A stretch of 32,000 bases of DNA from positions 39,069 through 71,068 of the forward strand of contig JAJRZD010000025.1 of the NCBI GenBank assembly GCA_024275415.1, in the 5' to 3' direction. This DNA is from an archaeon (GTDB lineage Archaea > Asgardarchaeota > Thorarchaeia > Thorarchaeales > Thorarchaeaceae). Position 1 is the first letter of the stretch. Each line of letters starts with the position of its first letter. Positions 23,950 through 32,000 of this stretch are shown in pieces. The notes beneath the pieces were generated by a model that saw only the letters and a list, made by a program, of their open reading frames with translations, was not told the origin of the DNA and made no database searches. Made by a program: the position numbers and the translations under genes.

Positions 23950-26900
23950 CTATTCCTTCTCTACACCCAGGCTCCGTAATAGTTCGTCCACGAGCTCGCG
24001 TGGGAGGTCTCTTGCCTGTTCAATGATCGTATCAATCTCGTGAGGTTGGACTCCCTTTGCTTCGAGGTCTTTCCGGAGTTCCTCTATTTCGTAATCACTG
24101 AGCTTGTCGGTTATCTTCAAGGGTTCCTCGGTTCGAATCTCACGGGCGATGTCGGCCTTCTCTTCTGTAAGGATGCCTGGTTCTTCGGGGATCTTCTCGC
24201 TTGGTTCTTCAGGTGTCAGGAAGATGGGAACATCAGGAGAGGGCCCGATTGCATATTCTTCGGTTGCCTCGGTACCGCTTAGCCGCTGCTTGGCCTCTCG
24301 TTGGATACGCTCCAGAACCTCTTCCATGCTCACACCATCTTTGCGAGCTGCGCGGATTGCTTCTTGATCAATGACTTCTCTCACAAAAGCGGCCTGCTCG
24401 CTCAGTTTCATCTTTGAAATATCCGCCTTGAACTCGTCAAGCTCATCAGGGCTCAGGTTGGTAAGAATTGAGAGCTGTATCAGGAGTTCGCCCATCTCGG
24501 GGATATCAACCGGTATTGACTCCTCAGGCATCATGTCGGCTGTCCGAGTTATCTCAAGTTCCTTGTTCGTGTCATTGAAGAGATCGGCTACGACCTGTTG
24601 CCGGGTTCGAACGTCATCGATAGGCTTGGGAACCTTGCCCTTTCGCAATGCCTTAATCTGTCCATTGATTTGTCTGAGTCGCTTAGGAATGCTAAAGTAT
24701 CTAACCCACGCAATTCCAAGCACCAGTCCAAATATGATGAGCGGAGTCCCGAAATTAATCACATTGGATGTAAGTATCTGGGTTTCTGTTGGGATTAGAT
24801 TCACATGCAATACGAGGGTCTTTGTTTCATAGTTGTTGCGTGATATGACAATAGTGACATCAACTCTCTGTTCGAAAGTCGTGGGAATGGTATTCGCAGG
24901 AGCGAAAATCTCGATGTAGTAACGACCATTCGAATCAAGCGAGCCATTGCCCACTACTTGAAGCAACGCCTCTGATGAGCTGATTCCAACAATCTGAGCT
25001 AGAGTGATTCCGGATCCATAGTAATCGCCCCATGTTTCGATGTACTCCAAGCTAATCATACCAGTTTCTCCATAGAATAGAGAAGTGGTTCCTTCATAAG
25101 GTTCGTCTGTAATCACATTATCATCATCAAAGGACGCATCGGTAGGACGTTCTATGATAGTGACCGATATCTCACTGTATTGTGACTCTCGGTAGTCAAG
25201 TGAAACTGTCACTGAGAGCGTGAACGGATCTTCAACAGGTTGAGTGATGTTGTTTAGAGCCTTGTAGAGCCACAACTCGTTCGTATCGAAGCGATATCGA
25301 TACCAACCATCACCAAGTTCAAGCACCGTTACCTCAATCTGTCTGCCACCAACTGCACCGCCGAAAACAAGGGCATAAACGGTTGCGCCAGAGAGACCTC
25401 CAATATAGCCTTCTGAGTTATCAGTATCGTTGTAAAAGAATTGAATATCAACATATTCGCCCACAGGAACTACAAGGATTGCATGACTACTTGTGACAGG
25501 TGCCAAGTTCAGTTCGGGGGACACTACGACCAGTTCTGTCGGGACTTCCTCGACAGTGATATCGATACCACCACTGCTGACCAAGAAGTTAGACTTCAAA
25601 AAGTCAACTCGCAGGGGGTACCTTGCAATATCAAGGAGAGAGGTGTCTATATAGATCGCGTAGTACCCATTACCAAGGTCAATAGCCGACCCATTGAAAT
25701 CACCATAGCGATAGAATACGTTGGCACCTACAATCCCTCTGACGAAGTGAGTATCATTGTAGTAGAAAGAAACGTTTCCTTTCCAGCCCCAAGGAACACT
25801 AAGATTTGGAGGGTTGATGACTTCTGTAGGTATCTGCTTCACAGTGAGGGTAAGACTCACAACGTCTTGTGCCAAGTTAGGGTCACTAGGAGTACCTCGG
25901 AAGGTCACACCCCAAGTCCCAAACTCAAGCACAGATGCATTGAAGGAGAGTTCCCAAACACCATTCCCTAACGAAGTGAAATTCCATCGCCCCTTGCTTT
26001 CGAGGCTCCACCAGACTGCACCAGAAGATATTAGGTCGCCACTTACCGTCTGGTTGAAACGGAGTGTGAACACGATGATATCGTTATAGAAAACTGACAT
26101 CTCTTCGCGGGTATCACCATAGAGCGCCAAAGTGGTGTCGGTTGTTTCTATGAAAATCTTGAAGATACTGCTAGCAGTGTCATAGTTCCTGAATGACGCT
26201 GAAATTCTGACGGAGTAAATCTCTCCAGGGGTTAAGGCTGCAGTAGCTGACGAAGGTAGGGTGAAGTTCCAAGTGGCAGACGAAGCGGAATAGACCATAT
26301 CCCAAGACATTCCTTCGAACGTGACTGTGGCAGTAAGGACGTAACTCGAGTCTACCAGCCCACCATTGTAGGTGTCATTGAGAAACACGGCAATATCCTG
26401 AAGGTTGCCTCTAGGCAAAGAAATGGTCTGTTCGAAGGGTTCTTCGATGGTCAGGTCGCTCGGTAGATTCTGAAGAACTAGCGTCACTGTCGCAGTGGAC
26501 GTTTGAAAGCCATTCTTTGTGGCAGTTATCCTAACTGTTCGCGTGCCTGCAAGAACACTAGATGTCGGAATCAGGGCTGTATAGAAACCTCCGCCTGCGT
26601 CAGTGAATACACCAGTTGTGCCATTGAGATCCCATTCGACCAATGCACCTGGAGTAGTATTGCCATATAGAAGATTATTCAATGTCACAGAGATTGAGGC
26701 GTCCTCACTCCAATACAGCGTCACCTCAGAGTCTGTTGCGTCTAGGGATGCTGCAATGCTAATTACATTGAAGGATGGATTGGTCTCGGATTGGAGATGC
26801 TTGACTTTGAAGGCTGTTATATTCAACGTGTAAGTGTTGGTTTCAGGAAGACCTTTCGTACTGATTGTGATATTGTATCTTCCATCATTTAGATCCTCTA

Positions 26901-29900
26901 TACTGATCAGATTCAGCGTTAAACTGGTATTCTCATAAGCGACAAGTATTGTCGCATTTGCAATACCACCTCCGTGGTCGAGATCGGTGTACGTTACAAT
27001 GACAGAAACATTCTCGGATATCTGAACCGAGGAGGGGCTAGGAATGTCCGCTTGCAGTACCGACCAGACCAGATCGACCGAACCAGTCAGTCCTATCGTT
27101 GATCGGTTTCTGTAGTAGGGCTCTAATGAGGGATCCCAGTGTACATCCAAGTCAAAATGGAAGACTCCCAGGTCACTTTCAGTAAATACAATAGAGTCTG
27201 TATCGAAGGTGATATTATACTGACCTGCATTCGCTCCAGTCCCCTCAGTGAGGGTGTAAAGGCCTGTCAGGTCAGCTTCTTGGCAATTGAACAGTATGTC
27301 AGCGTTTGAAACAGGAGTGCCAGTCGCGTCATCACTCACGAGGAAGGTGATGGTTATGTTATCACCCCAAGGAGTGGTTTCAATTGACCCCACTTCTACG
27401 AAGAGTACCCGACCGCGCGTGGAAACTCTGAGTGCAGTGGTCGCATCCTCATAATACGGTGCATTGGCAGCATTCCAATCAATGACAATGGTTATGTTGA
27501 ATCCATCAACCAATGTGTTGCTGAGTATCGTGGAATTGATTGACACTTCAAACAAGTCGCCAATTCGAGTAAGAACGAATTGGTTTGATGCTAGAAGACT
27601 CCCATTCGAGTAAAGCATGATTTCGTTCGATGTTATAGCTGAGATAGGAATACCATCAATGGTGTCAGTGTACCTGAACGTGAACGTCACATTGTCAAGA
27701 TAGGGTGTTGATGATGGAGGTGAAATAATCTCGACCTCGGTGGTTCGTTCTATCACTCGCACGGTGATGTTCTGGACGGCATTGTCCCGATATGGTGCGC
27801 CGCCTGTCCAGACAGCAGTCACTCTGAGATCATGGATATTCAGGGTGCTGAGACTTGTAGCATTCACTGAAATAGCATAGTATCCGCCCCCGAGAGGAAC
27901 AAAGATGAAATCAGTATTTAGAACAAGACTGTGTGTTTCATTCTCTACCGTGAAAGTTGTAGAAGTGTCTATTCCTACAGAAACATCGACATCCCAGTAA
28001 TAGAATGTGAAATTGATATACTCATTGTAAGATGTGGGCTGAGAGCCGTCAGAGATGTCCAATGATGTGGCACGGGTACGGATGGTGAAATACACATAGA
28101 CATCATCCCATCTGTAGAAGGGAGCCTGATATATGTAGCTCATGTTCAGGTGCAAAGAGTACTGAAACCCTACAGATAGAGTCGATTGACCTGCGGTTTC
28201 AATAGACATGTCGTATTGACCTAGGGTCGGATTCCATGCGATTGTGAAGACCCAAGGAGTGCCAGTATCGTTGAGGATAGTGATTGTCGTTGTAGAGGTG
28301 TTTGCTATATTCGCCAAGGTCAATTGGTCTTGGTAGTACAAGGTGATTTCGATTGGAGTACCGTATCCCACAGACGCGACTGGATCTGCTGAGAGAATGG
28401 TTCCCCTGAATCTCACATTCATCGGGCGAATCGCATAGTTATCCGCCTTGTACTCGGTGCCAGTGTAGACAAAGCTCGCATTCAGGTCGTAGGTTCCAGG
28501 TGTTGAGAAGTAACCTGTGTAGAATTCGACTACAAAGGAACCATCTCCTCCGGGCGTGACCAAGTAGTTCTGGCTAGGTATCGGACTTCCGGAATAGTAT
28601 AATGTCAAAGTGGCATCAGGAATTCCAGTGTTTATTACCCCGGAAAGGTCGATGTACCATATCGTGAAAGTGACATTGTCCCCATAAGGAGTGGGAACCG
28701 GAGCCTGAAAATCAACTTGGGTCTGCCGGTATGTTACAGTGACATAGATGGCTTTCCCTGTCTGATTGGTATAGAATGGGGCACCTGCCCAGGTGACGTT
28801 CATGGTGAAGCTTTGATCCCCGACTGTACCAAATTGGTTGGTATTGAAAGACACTGTGAAAGTCCTTGTCGGATCATCATAGTATAGGGAATAATCGGCC
28901 AGACTCAGTTGTATCGACAGCGCCACATCATTAGCTATTGGCTCAGAAAGAGCGCCTGTCACATCATTGAATGTGAACGAGTAAGTGGCATTCTCACCAT
29001 ATGCGGTCTGTGACGGCGGGTCGATGCTTATGAGTGTGTCCCGAGCAAGCACACGTACTGAGATTACATCGGTTCTATTGGTATAGTATGGAGAAACACC
29101 TTTCGACCAATTGATGAAGACGTTCATGTAGACAAGACCGGTTGTTGCGAGTATCGAGTTGTTGAACTGGATCGAATATTTACCGCGCTCAGTGACAGGG
29201 TCAATCTCCCATATATCAACTTGAGTCAGGTCAACGGAAACCCCTTGAAATGAAACGCTGATGAAGACATTACCTGTGGAGTTTGATATTCCAGTCCCAT
29301 TGGACGCTGCATAGAATAACACGTATGTCATATTCTCAAGGTACGGAGTAGGCTCGGCTGTAGCGAGCAGGCTCAGCTGAGAATCCTCTCCTATGATGTT
29401 CGCAGAAACTATCAACGTGCGGTTCTCGTATGTATAGACCGGGCCAGTCCAATTGAAGAATATCGTGAAGTTCTGTAGTCCAAGACCTGCAAACTGCGGG
29501 GCTGGAACTGTGATGATGTAATACCCACCGCCAAGAATAGTATCATTATCGAGGTAAGAGATGACATTATGAGTGCCATTCCAGACTCTGTGTGCAACAT
29601 CCTTTGATGCAATACCAGTGCCGCTGTCCAAATCACCATAGAACACAGAAATGGTGATGTTGTCATTGTAACTTGTCGGTTCCACTGCACTGACCAACCT
29701 GAAGTCAGTGTAGTGAGTCCGTATAGTAATCGAGATATTGAATATCCCAAACTGGTAGTTCTCTCCTTTAGAGAAGTTGAAAGTGATGATGAGATTCTGC
29801 ACCAATGCATCATCCTCAAAGGTCGGGAAATCAACGCGATACCTTCCTTCTCCGGGAATGTATGTGAACGTCACGGGATGTATCCAAGTAGAGGTGGCTA

Positions 29901-32000
29901 AGAAAGGAGCTGAGTCATCGATCGGAAGATTGTGGTCGATGTCACGGTACTCGACATAGAAGACCATGTCATCACCAACGGGGATGTCCAGAGCGCCGAC
30001 AGTAGGGATTGCAGATGTATATGCGATACGAATGACCACCTTGAAGGAGAGCTTCGCAGCAGCGTAACCGTCCTTGTCGATGGTGAGATTATAGAAATGC
30101 TCACCCTTTGCCAGTCCAGTCACATTAATCGTGACCTGATACAACCCACCACCCAAGTCCTGTGCATTATAGAAGGCAATTCCTTCTGCAGTGATCGTTG
30201 CGCCTGTGATGCCGATATCACGGTCAATGTCGGTATAGTTGATTGAAACAACGAAATCGGTCTCATAGGGAGTCACCACAGCTCGGTCAGGCGATGATGC
30301 CTCACTAAGTGCAGGACGATACCTAAACGTGAGCTGCAAGGTAGTGTCGCCATAGGTGCTGCTGGTTGTAGATATCACCACAGTGATTGTGTATGTCCCT
30401 TCTGGGAAGTTGGATTGGTCAATTGTGAAGTTGTACCGTCCATTGCCAAGGTTGTACCATTCTTTAATCGTATAACCAGTTACTGAGAACTCGCCTTGCA
30501 GCAAGCCAGTTAGTGGATCCCCATAGTATGGACCTGGCTCGGACACATTGACACGAATGACTATCTTGAAATCAGAACCAGTTGGGAAGATGAGGTCATT
30601 GGGCTCATTGTATGTTACGATGCTCAGACTGGTTATTGTGATGTCGAATTGATAGTTCGCGGGATTGTTGTAGATACCGCTCATGGTGACTGACAGGGTG
30701 ACGGTGTCTGTCCCTACAGCCCATGTGGAAGTGTCAAGGGTGACTGCAAAGTCCGCTGGTGGTGTTTCGGTCGTGGCACCATAGCTCGTGGGAGTGAAAG
30801 TCCATGACGACACCGATGAGGTCGTGCCAAGCACTGTATTCGTATCAAGATCCGTGATAATGACTGTCAGGTCAGTTGTATTCCCGTAGGGGCTGACCAT
30901 GTCCCCAGTCACTGAAACTGATGTATAGTGTTTTCGTATCTCCACATCAAACTGATAGCTTGAGGGATTTGAATAGATGCCGCTCATGGTCACGGTCAGA
31001 GTCACGGTTTCAGTCGCTATCGCCCAAGAAGTGGTGTCAAGAACGACTGCAAAGTCTGCGGGCGGTGTTTCAGTGGTAGAGCCATAACTCGCCGGGTTGA
31101 ATGTCCATGACGCCACATTGGTTGTCGTGGACAGGGCTGTTCCAGTATCCAAATCTGTAATCACAACGGTTACGGAAGTCGTGAACCCTGAAGGAGTGAC
31201 AAGATCCCCTGTGACCGTGACCGAGGTGTAATGTTTTCGTATCTCCACATCAAACTGAATGTTAGTGGGGTTGTCATAGATTCCACTCATAGTGACTGAC
31301 AAGGTGACGGTTTCAATACCAATTGCCCAAGTGGATGTCGTGAGTGTCACATTGAAATCGCTTGGTGGCGTTTCGGTCACTGGCGAGTACGAGGAAGAGA
31401 ATGTCCATGTTGTCACGGATGCCGTGCTGGAAAGAATCGTTCCTGTATCCAAATCGGTAATCGTCACCGTAACGTCAGTGTTCTGCCCATATGGAACAAT
31501 GAAATCACCAGTGACAGTCAGGGCAGTTCGGTGGTTTCGTATCTCTATATCAAACTGATAGCTTGACGGATTCGAATAGATACCGCTCATGGTCACGGTC
31601 AGTGTGACTGTTTCAATCCCGACTGTCCACGTTGAGGTGTCAAGGGTGACAGCGAAATCCGCCGGTGGTGTTTCGGTCGTGGCACCATAGCTCGTGGGAG
31701 TGAAAGTCCATGACGACACCGATAAGGTCGTGCCCAAGGCCGTCCCAGTATCGAGGTCAATTATGGTGACAACAAGAGAAGTCGTTTGACCATACGGAGT
31801 CGTAAGATCTCCGCTCACTGAAACAGACGTGAAATGTTTCCTGATTTCAATGTCGAACTGATAGTTCGCGGGATTGTTGTAGATACCGCTCATGGTGACT
31901 GACAGGGTGACGGTGTCTGTCCCTACAGCCCATGTGGATGTGTCAAGGGTGACTGCAAAGTCCGCTGGTGGTGTTTCGGTCGTGGCACCATAGCTCGTGG
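23950..32000 (-). CDS. Giant single-pass cell-surface protein with tandem Ig-like beta-sandwich repeats, C-terminal TM and 247-aa cytoplasmic tail (5' truncated by window edge)
   Basis: The frame stays open from 31893 to 32000 (TSYGATTETPPADFAVTLDTSTWAVGTDTVTLSVT), so the gene starts beyond the window. About 100-aa beta-strand-rich units, many N-x-S/T sequons, TM FGTPLIIFGLVLGIAWVRYF (about 24694-24753), then a basic stop-transfer segment and acidic tail. Confidence 0.85.
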   Translation of the reverse strand, partial: TSYGATTETPPADFAVTLDTSTWAVGTDTVTLSVTMSGIYNNPANYQFDIEIRKHFTSVSVSGDLTTPYGQTTSLVVTIIDLDTGTALGTTLSVSSWTFTPTSYGATTETPPADFAVTLDTSTWTVGIETVTLTVTMSGIYSNPSSYQFDIEIRNHRTALTVTGDFIVPYGQNTDVTVTITDLDTGTILSSTASVTTWTFSSSYSPVTETPPSDFNVTLTTSTWAIGIETVTLSVTMSGIYDNPTNIQFDVEIRKHYTSVTVTGDLVTPSGFTTSVTVVITDLDTGTALSTTTNVASWTFNPASYGSTTETPPADFAVVLDTTSWAIATETVTLTVTMSGIYSNPSSYQFDVEIRKHYTSVSVTGDMVSPYGNTTDLTVIITDLDTNTVLGTTSSVSSWTFTPTSYGATTETPPADFAVTLDTSTWAVGTDTVTLSVTMSGIYNNPANYQFDITITSLSIVTYNEPNDLIFPTGSDFKIVIRVNVSEPGPYYGDPLTGLLQGEFSVTGYTIKEWYNLGNGRYNFTIDQSNFPEGTYTITVVISTTSSTYGDTTLQLTFRYRPALSEASSPDRAVVTPYETDFVVSINYTDIDRDIGITGATITAEGIAFYNAQDLGGGLYQVTINVTGLAKGEHFYNLTIDKDGYAAAKLSFKVVIRIAYTSAIPTVGALDIPVGDDMVFYVEYRDIDHNLPIDDSAPFLATSTWIHPVTFTYIPGEGRYRVDFPTFEDDALVQNLIITFNFSKGENYQFGIFNISITIRTHYTDFRLVSAVEPTSYNDNITISVFYGDLDSGTGIASKDVAHRVWNGTHNVISYLDNDTILGGGYYIITVPAPQFAGLGLQNFTIFFNWTGPVYTYENRTLIVSANIIGEDSQLSLLATAEPTPYLENMTYVLFYAASNGTGISNSTGNVFISVSFQGVSVDLTQVDIWEIDPVTERGKYSIQFNNSILATTGLVYMNVFINWSKGVSPYYTNRTDVISVRVLARDTLISIDPPSQTAYGENATYSFTFNDVTGALSEPIANDVALSIQLSLADYSLYYDDPTRTFTVSFNTNQFGTVGDQSFTMNVTWAGAPFYTNQTGKAIYVTVTYRQTQVDFQAPVPTPYGDNVTFTIWYIDLSGVINTGIPDATLTLYYSGSPIPSQNYLVTPGGDGSFVVEFYTGYFSTPGTYDLNASFVYTGTEYKADNYAIRPMNVRFRGTILSADPVASVGYGTPIEITLYYQDQLTLANIANTSTTTITILNDTGTPWVFTIAWNPTLGQYDMSIETAGQSTLSVGFQYSLHLNMSYIYQAPFYRWDDVYVYFTIRTRATSLDISDGSQPTSYNEYINFTFYYWDVDVSVGIDTSTTFTVENETHSLVLNTDFIFVPLGGGYYAISVNATSLSTLNIHDLRVTAVWTGGAPYRDNAVQNITVRVIERTTEVEIISPPSSTPYLDNVTFTFRYTDTIDGIPISAITSNEIMLYSNGSLLASNQFVLTRIGDLFEVSINSTILSNTLVDGFNITIVIDWNAANAPYYEDATTALRVSTRGRVLFVEVGSIETTPWGDNITITFLVSDDATGTPVSNADILFNCQEADLTGLYTLTEGTGANAGQYNITFDTDSIVFTESDLGVFHFDLDVHWDPSLEPYYRNRSTIGLTGSVDLVWSVLQADIPSPSSVQISENVSVIVTYTDLDHGGGIANATILVAYENTSLTLNLISIEDLNDGRYNITISTKGLPETNTYTLNITAFKVKHLQSETNPSFNVISIAASLDATDSEVTLYWSEDASISVTLNNLLYGNTTPGALVEWDLNGTTGVFTDAGGGFYTALIPTSSVLAGTRTVRITATKNGFQTSTATVTLVLQNLPSDLTIEEPFEQTISLPRGNLQDIAVFLNDTYNGGLVDSSYVLTATVTFEGMSWDMVYSASSATWNFTLPSSATAALTPGEIYSVRISASFRNYDTASSIFKIFIETTDTTLALYGDTREEMSVFYNDIIVFTLRFNQTVSGDLISSGAVWWSLESKGRWNFTSLGNGVWELSFNASVLEFGTWGVTFRGTPSDPNLAQDVVSLTLTVKQIPTEVINPPNLSVPWGWKGNVSFYYNDTHFVRGIVGANVFYRYGDFNGSAIDLGNGYYAIYIDTSLLDIARYPLRVDFLKSNFLVSSGGIDITVEEVPTELVVVSPELNLAPVTSSHAILVVPVGEYVDIQFFYNDTDNSEGYIGGLSGATVYALVFGGAVGGRQIEVTVLELGDGWYRYRFDTNELWLYKALNNITQPVEDPFTLSVTVSLDYRESQYSEISVTIIERPTDASFDDDNVITDEPYEGTTSLFYGETGMISLEYIETWGDYYGSGITLAQIVGISSSEALLQVVGNGSLDSNGRYYIEIFAPANTIPTTFEQRVDVTIVISRNNYETKTLVLHVNLIPTETQILTSNVINFGTPLIIFGLVLGIAWVRYFSIPKRLRQINGQIKALRKGKVPKPIDDVRTRQQVVADLFNDTNKELEITRTADMMPEESIPVDIPEMGELLIQLSILTNLSPDELDEFKADISKMKLSEQAAFVREVIDQEAIRAARKDGVSMEEVLERIQREAKQRLSGTEATEEYAIGPSPDVPIFLTPEEPSEKIPEEPGILTEEKADIAREIRTEEPLKITDKLSDYEIEELRKDLEAKGVQPHEIDTIIEQARDLPRELVDELLRSLGVEKE
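30640..32000 (-). repeat. Tandem ~303-bp (100-101 aa) coding repeat, at least 4.5 units
   Basis: TMSGIYxNP anchors at 30684, 30987, 31290, 31590 and 31893 (spacings 303, 303, 300, 303). Near-identical DNA blocks occur between non-adjacent units. Confidence 0.92.

Noticed and set aside
30640-32000. CRISPR array or mobile-element repeats
   Set aside because: The period is 300-303 bp, in frame within one ORF, with no unique spacers and no cas, transposase or integrase gene in the window.
1-32000. tRNA or rRNA genes
   Set aside because: T-arm-like strings (GTTCGAATC at about 24131, GGTTCAATC at 22621) fall inside or abut coding regions without cloverleaf context, and no intergenic gap is large enough for 16S or 23S rRNA.

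Overview
Gene-dense chromosomal window from an archaeon. It is most likely an Asgard archaeon (Thorarchaeia-like), an inference from the gene families, GGTGA/GGAGG-type RBSs and a giant single-pass surface protein with a long acidic cytoplasmic tail. I found no mobile element, CRISPR array, tRNA or rRNA. Left part: ccdA plus a TlpA-like thioredoxin, a long-form (eukaryote/bacteria-type) XPB helicase, a KaiC/RAD55-type ATPase, an APH-like kinase, an RFC small subunit with a ~50 aa insertion, a p52/Tfb2-like protein with the XPB N-terminal 'clutch' (Helicase_C_3) domain, and a core MetE-like protein. Middle: unknown membrane proteins including a paralogous tandem pair, two tandem Bcp peroxiredoxins, malic enzyme, a degenerate M28-fold membrane protein with DxDxDG calcium-type repeats, and a GlcF/GlcD-like oxidoreductase pair. 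Right part: a Cdc6/Orc1-like protein with dead Walker motifs, a GcvH-like lipoyl carrier, a zinc-ribbon protein, a RadA-like protein with no Walker A and a PIP-like tail, and a >2,680 aa surface protein that runs off the window end and carries a recently homogenised ~303 bp repeat array. The strongest leads are a possible XPB-p52 (TFIIH-core-like) module and several pseudo-enzyme or remodelled paralogs of replication/repair ATPases. All family calls are by motif recognition; no database search was run.
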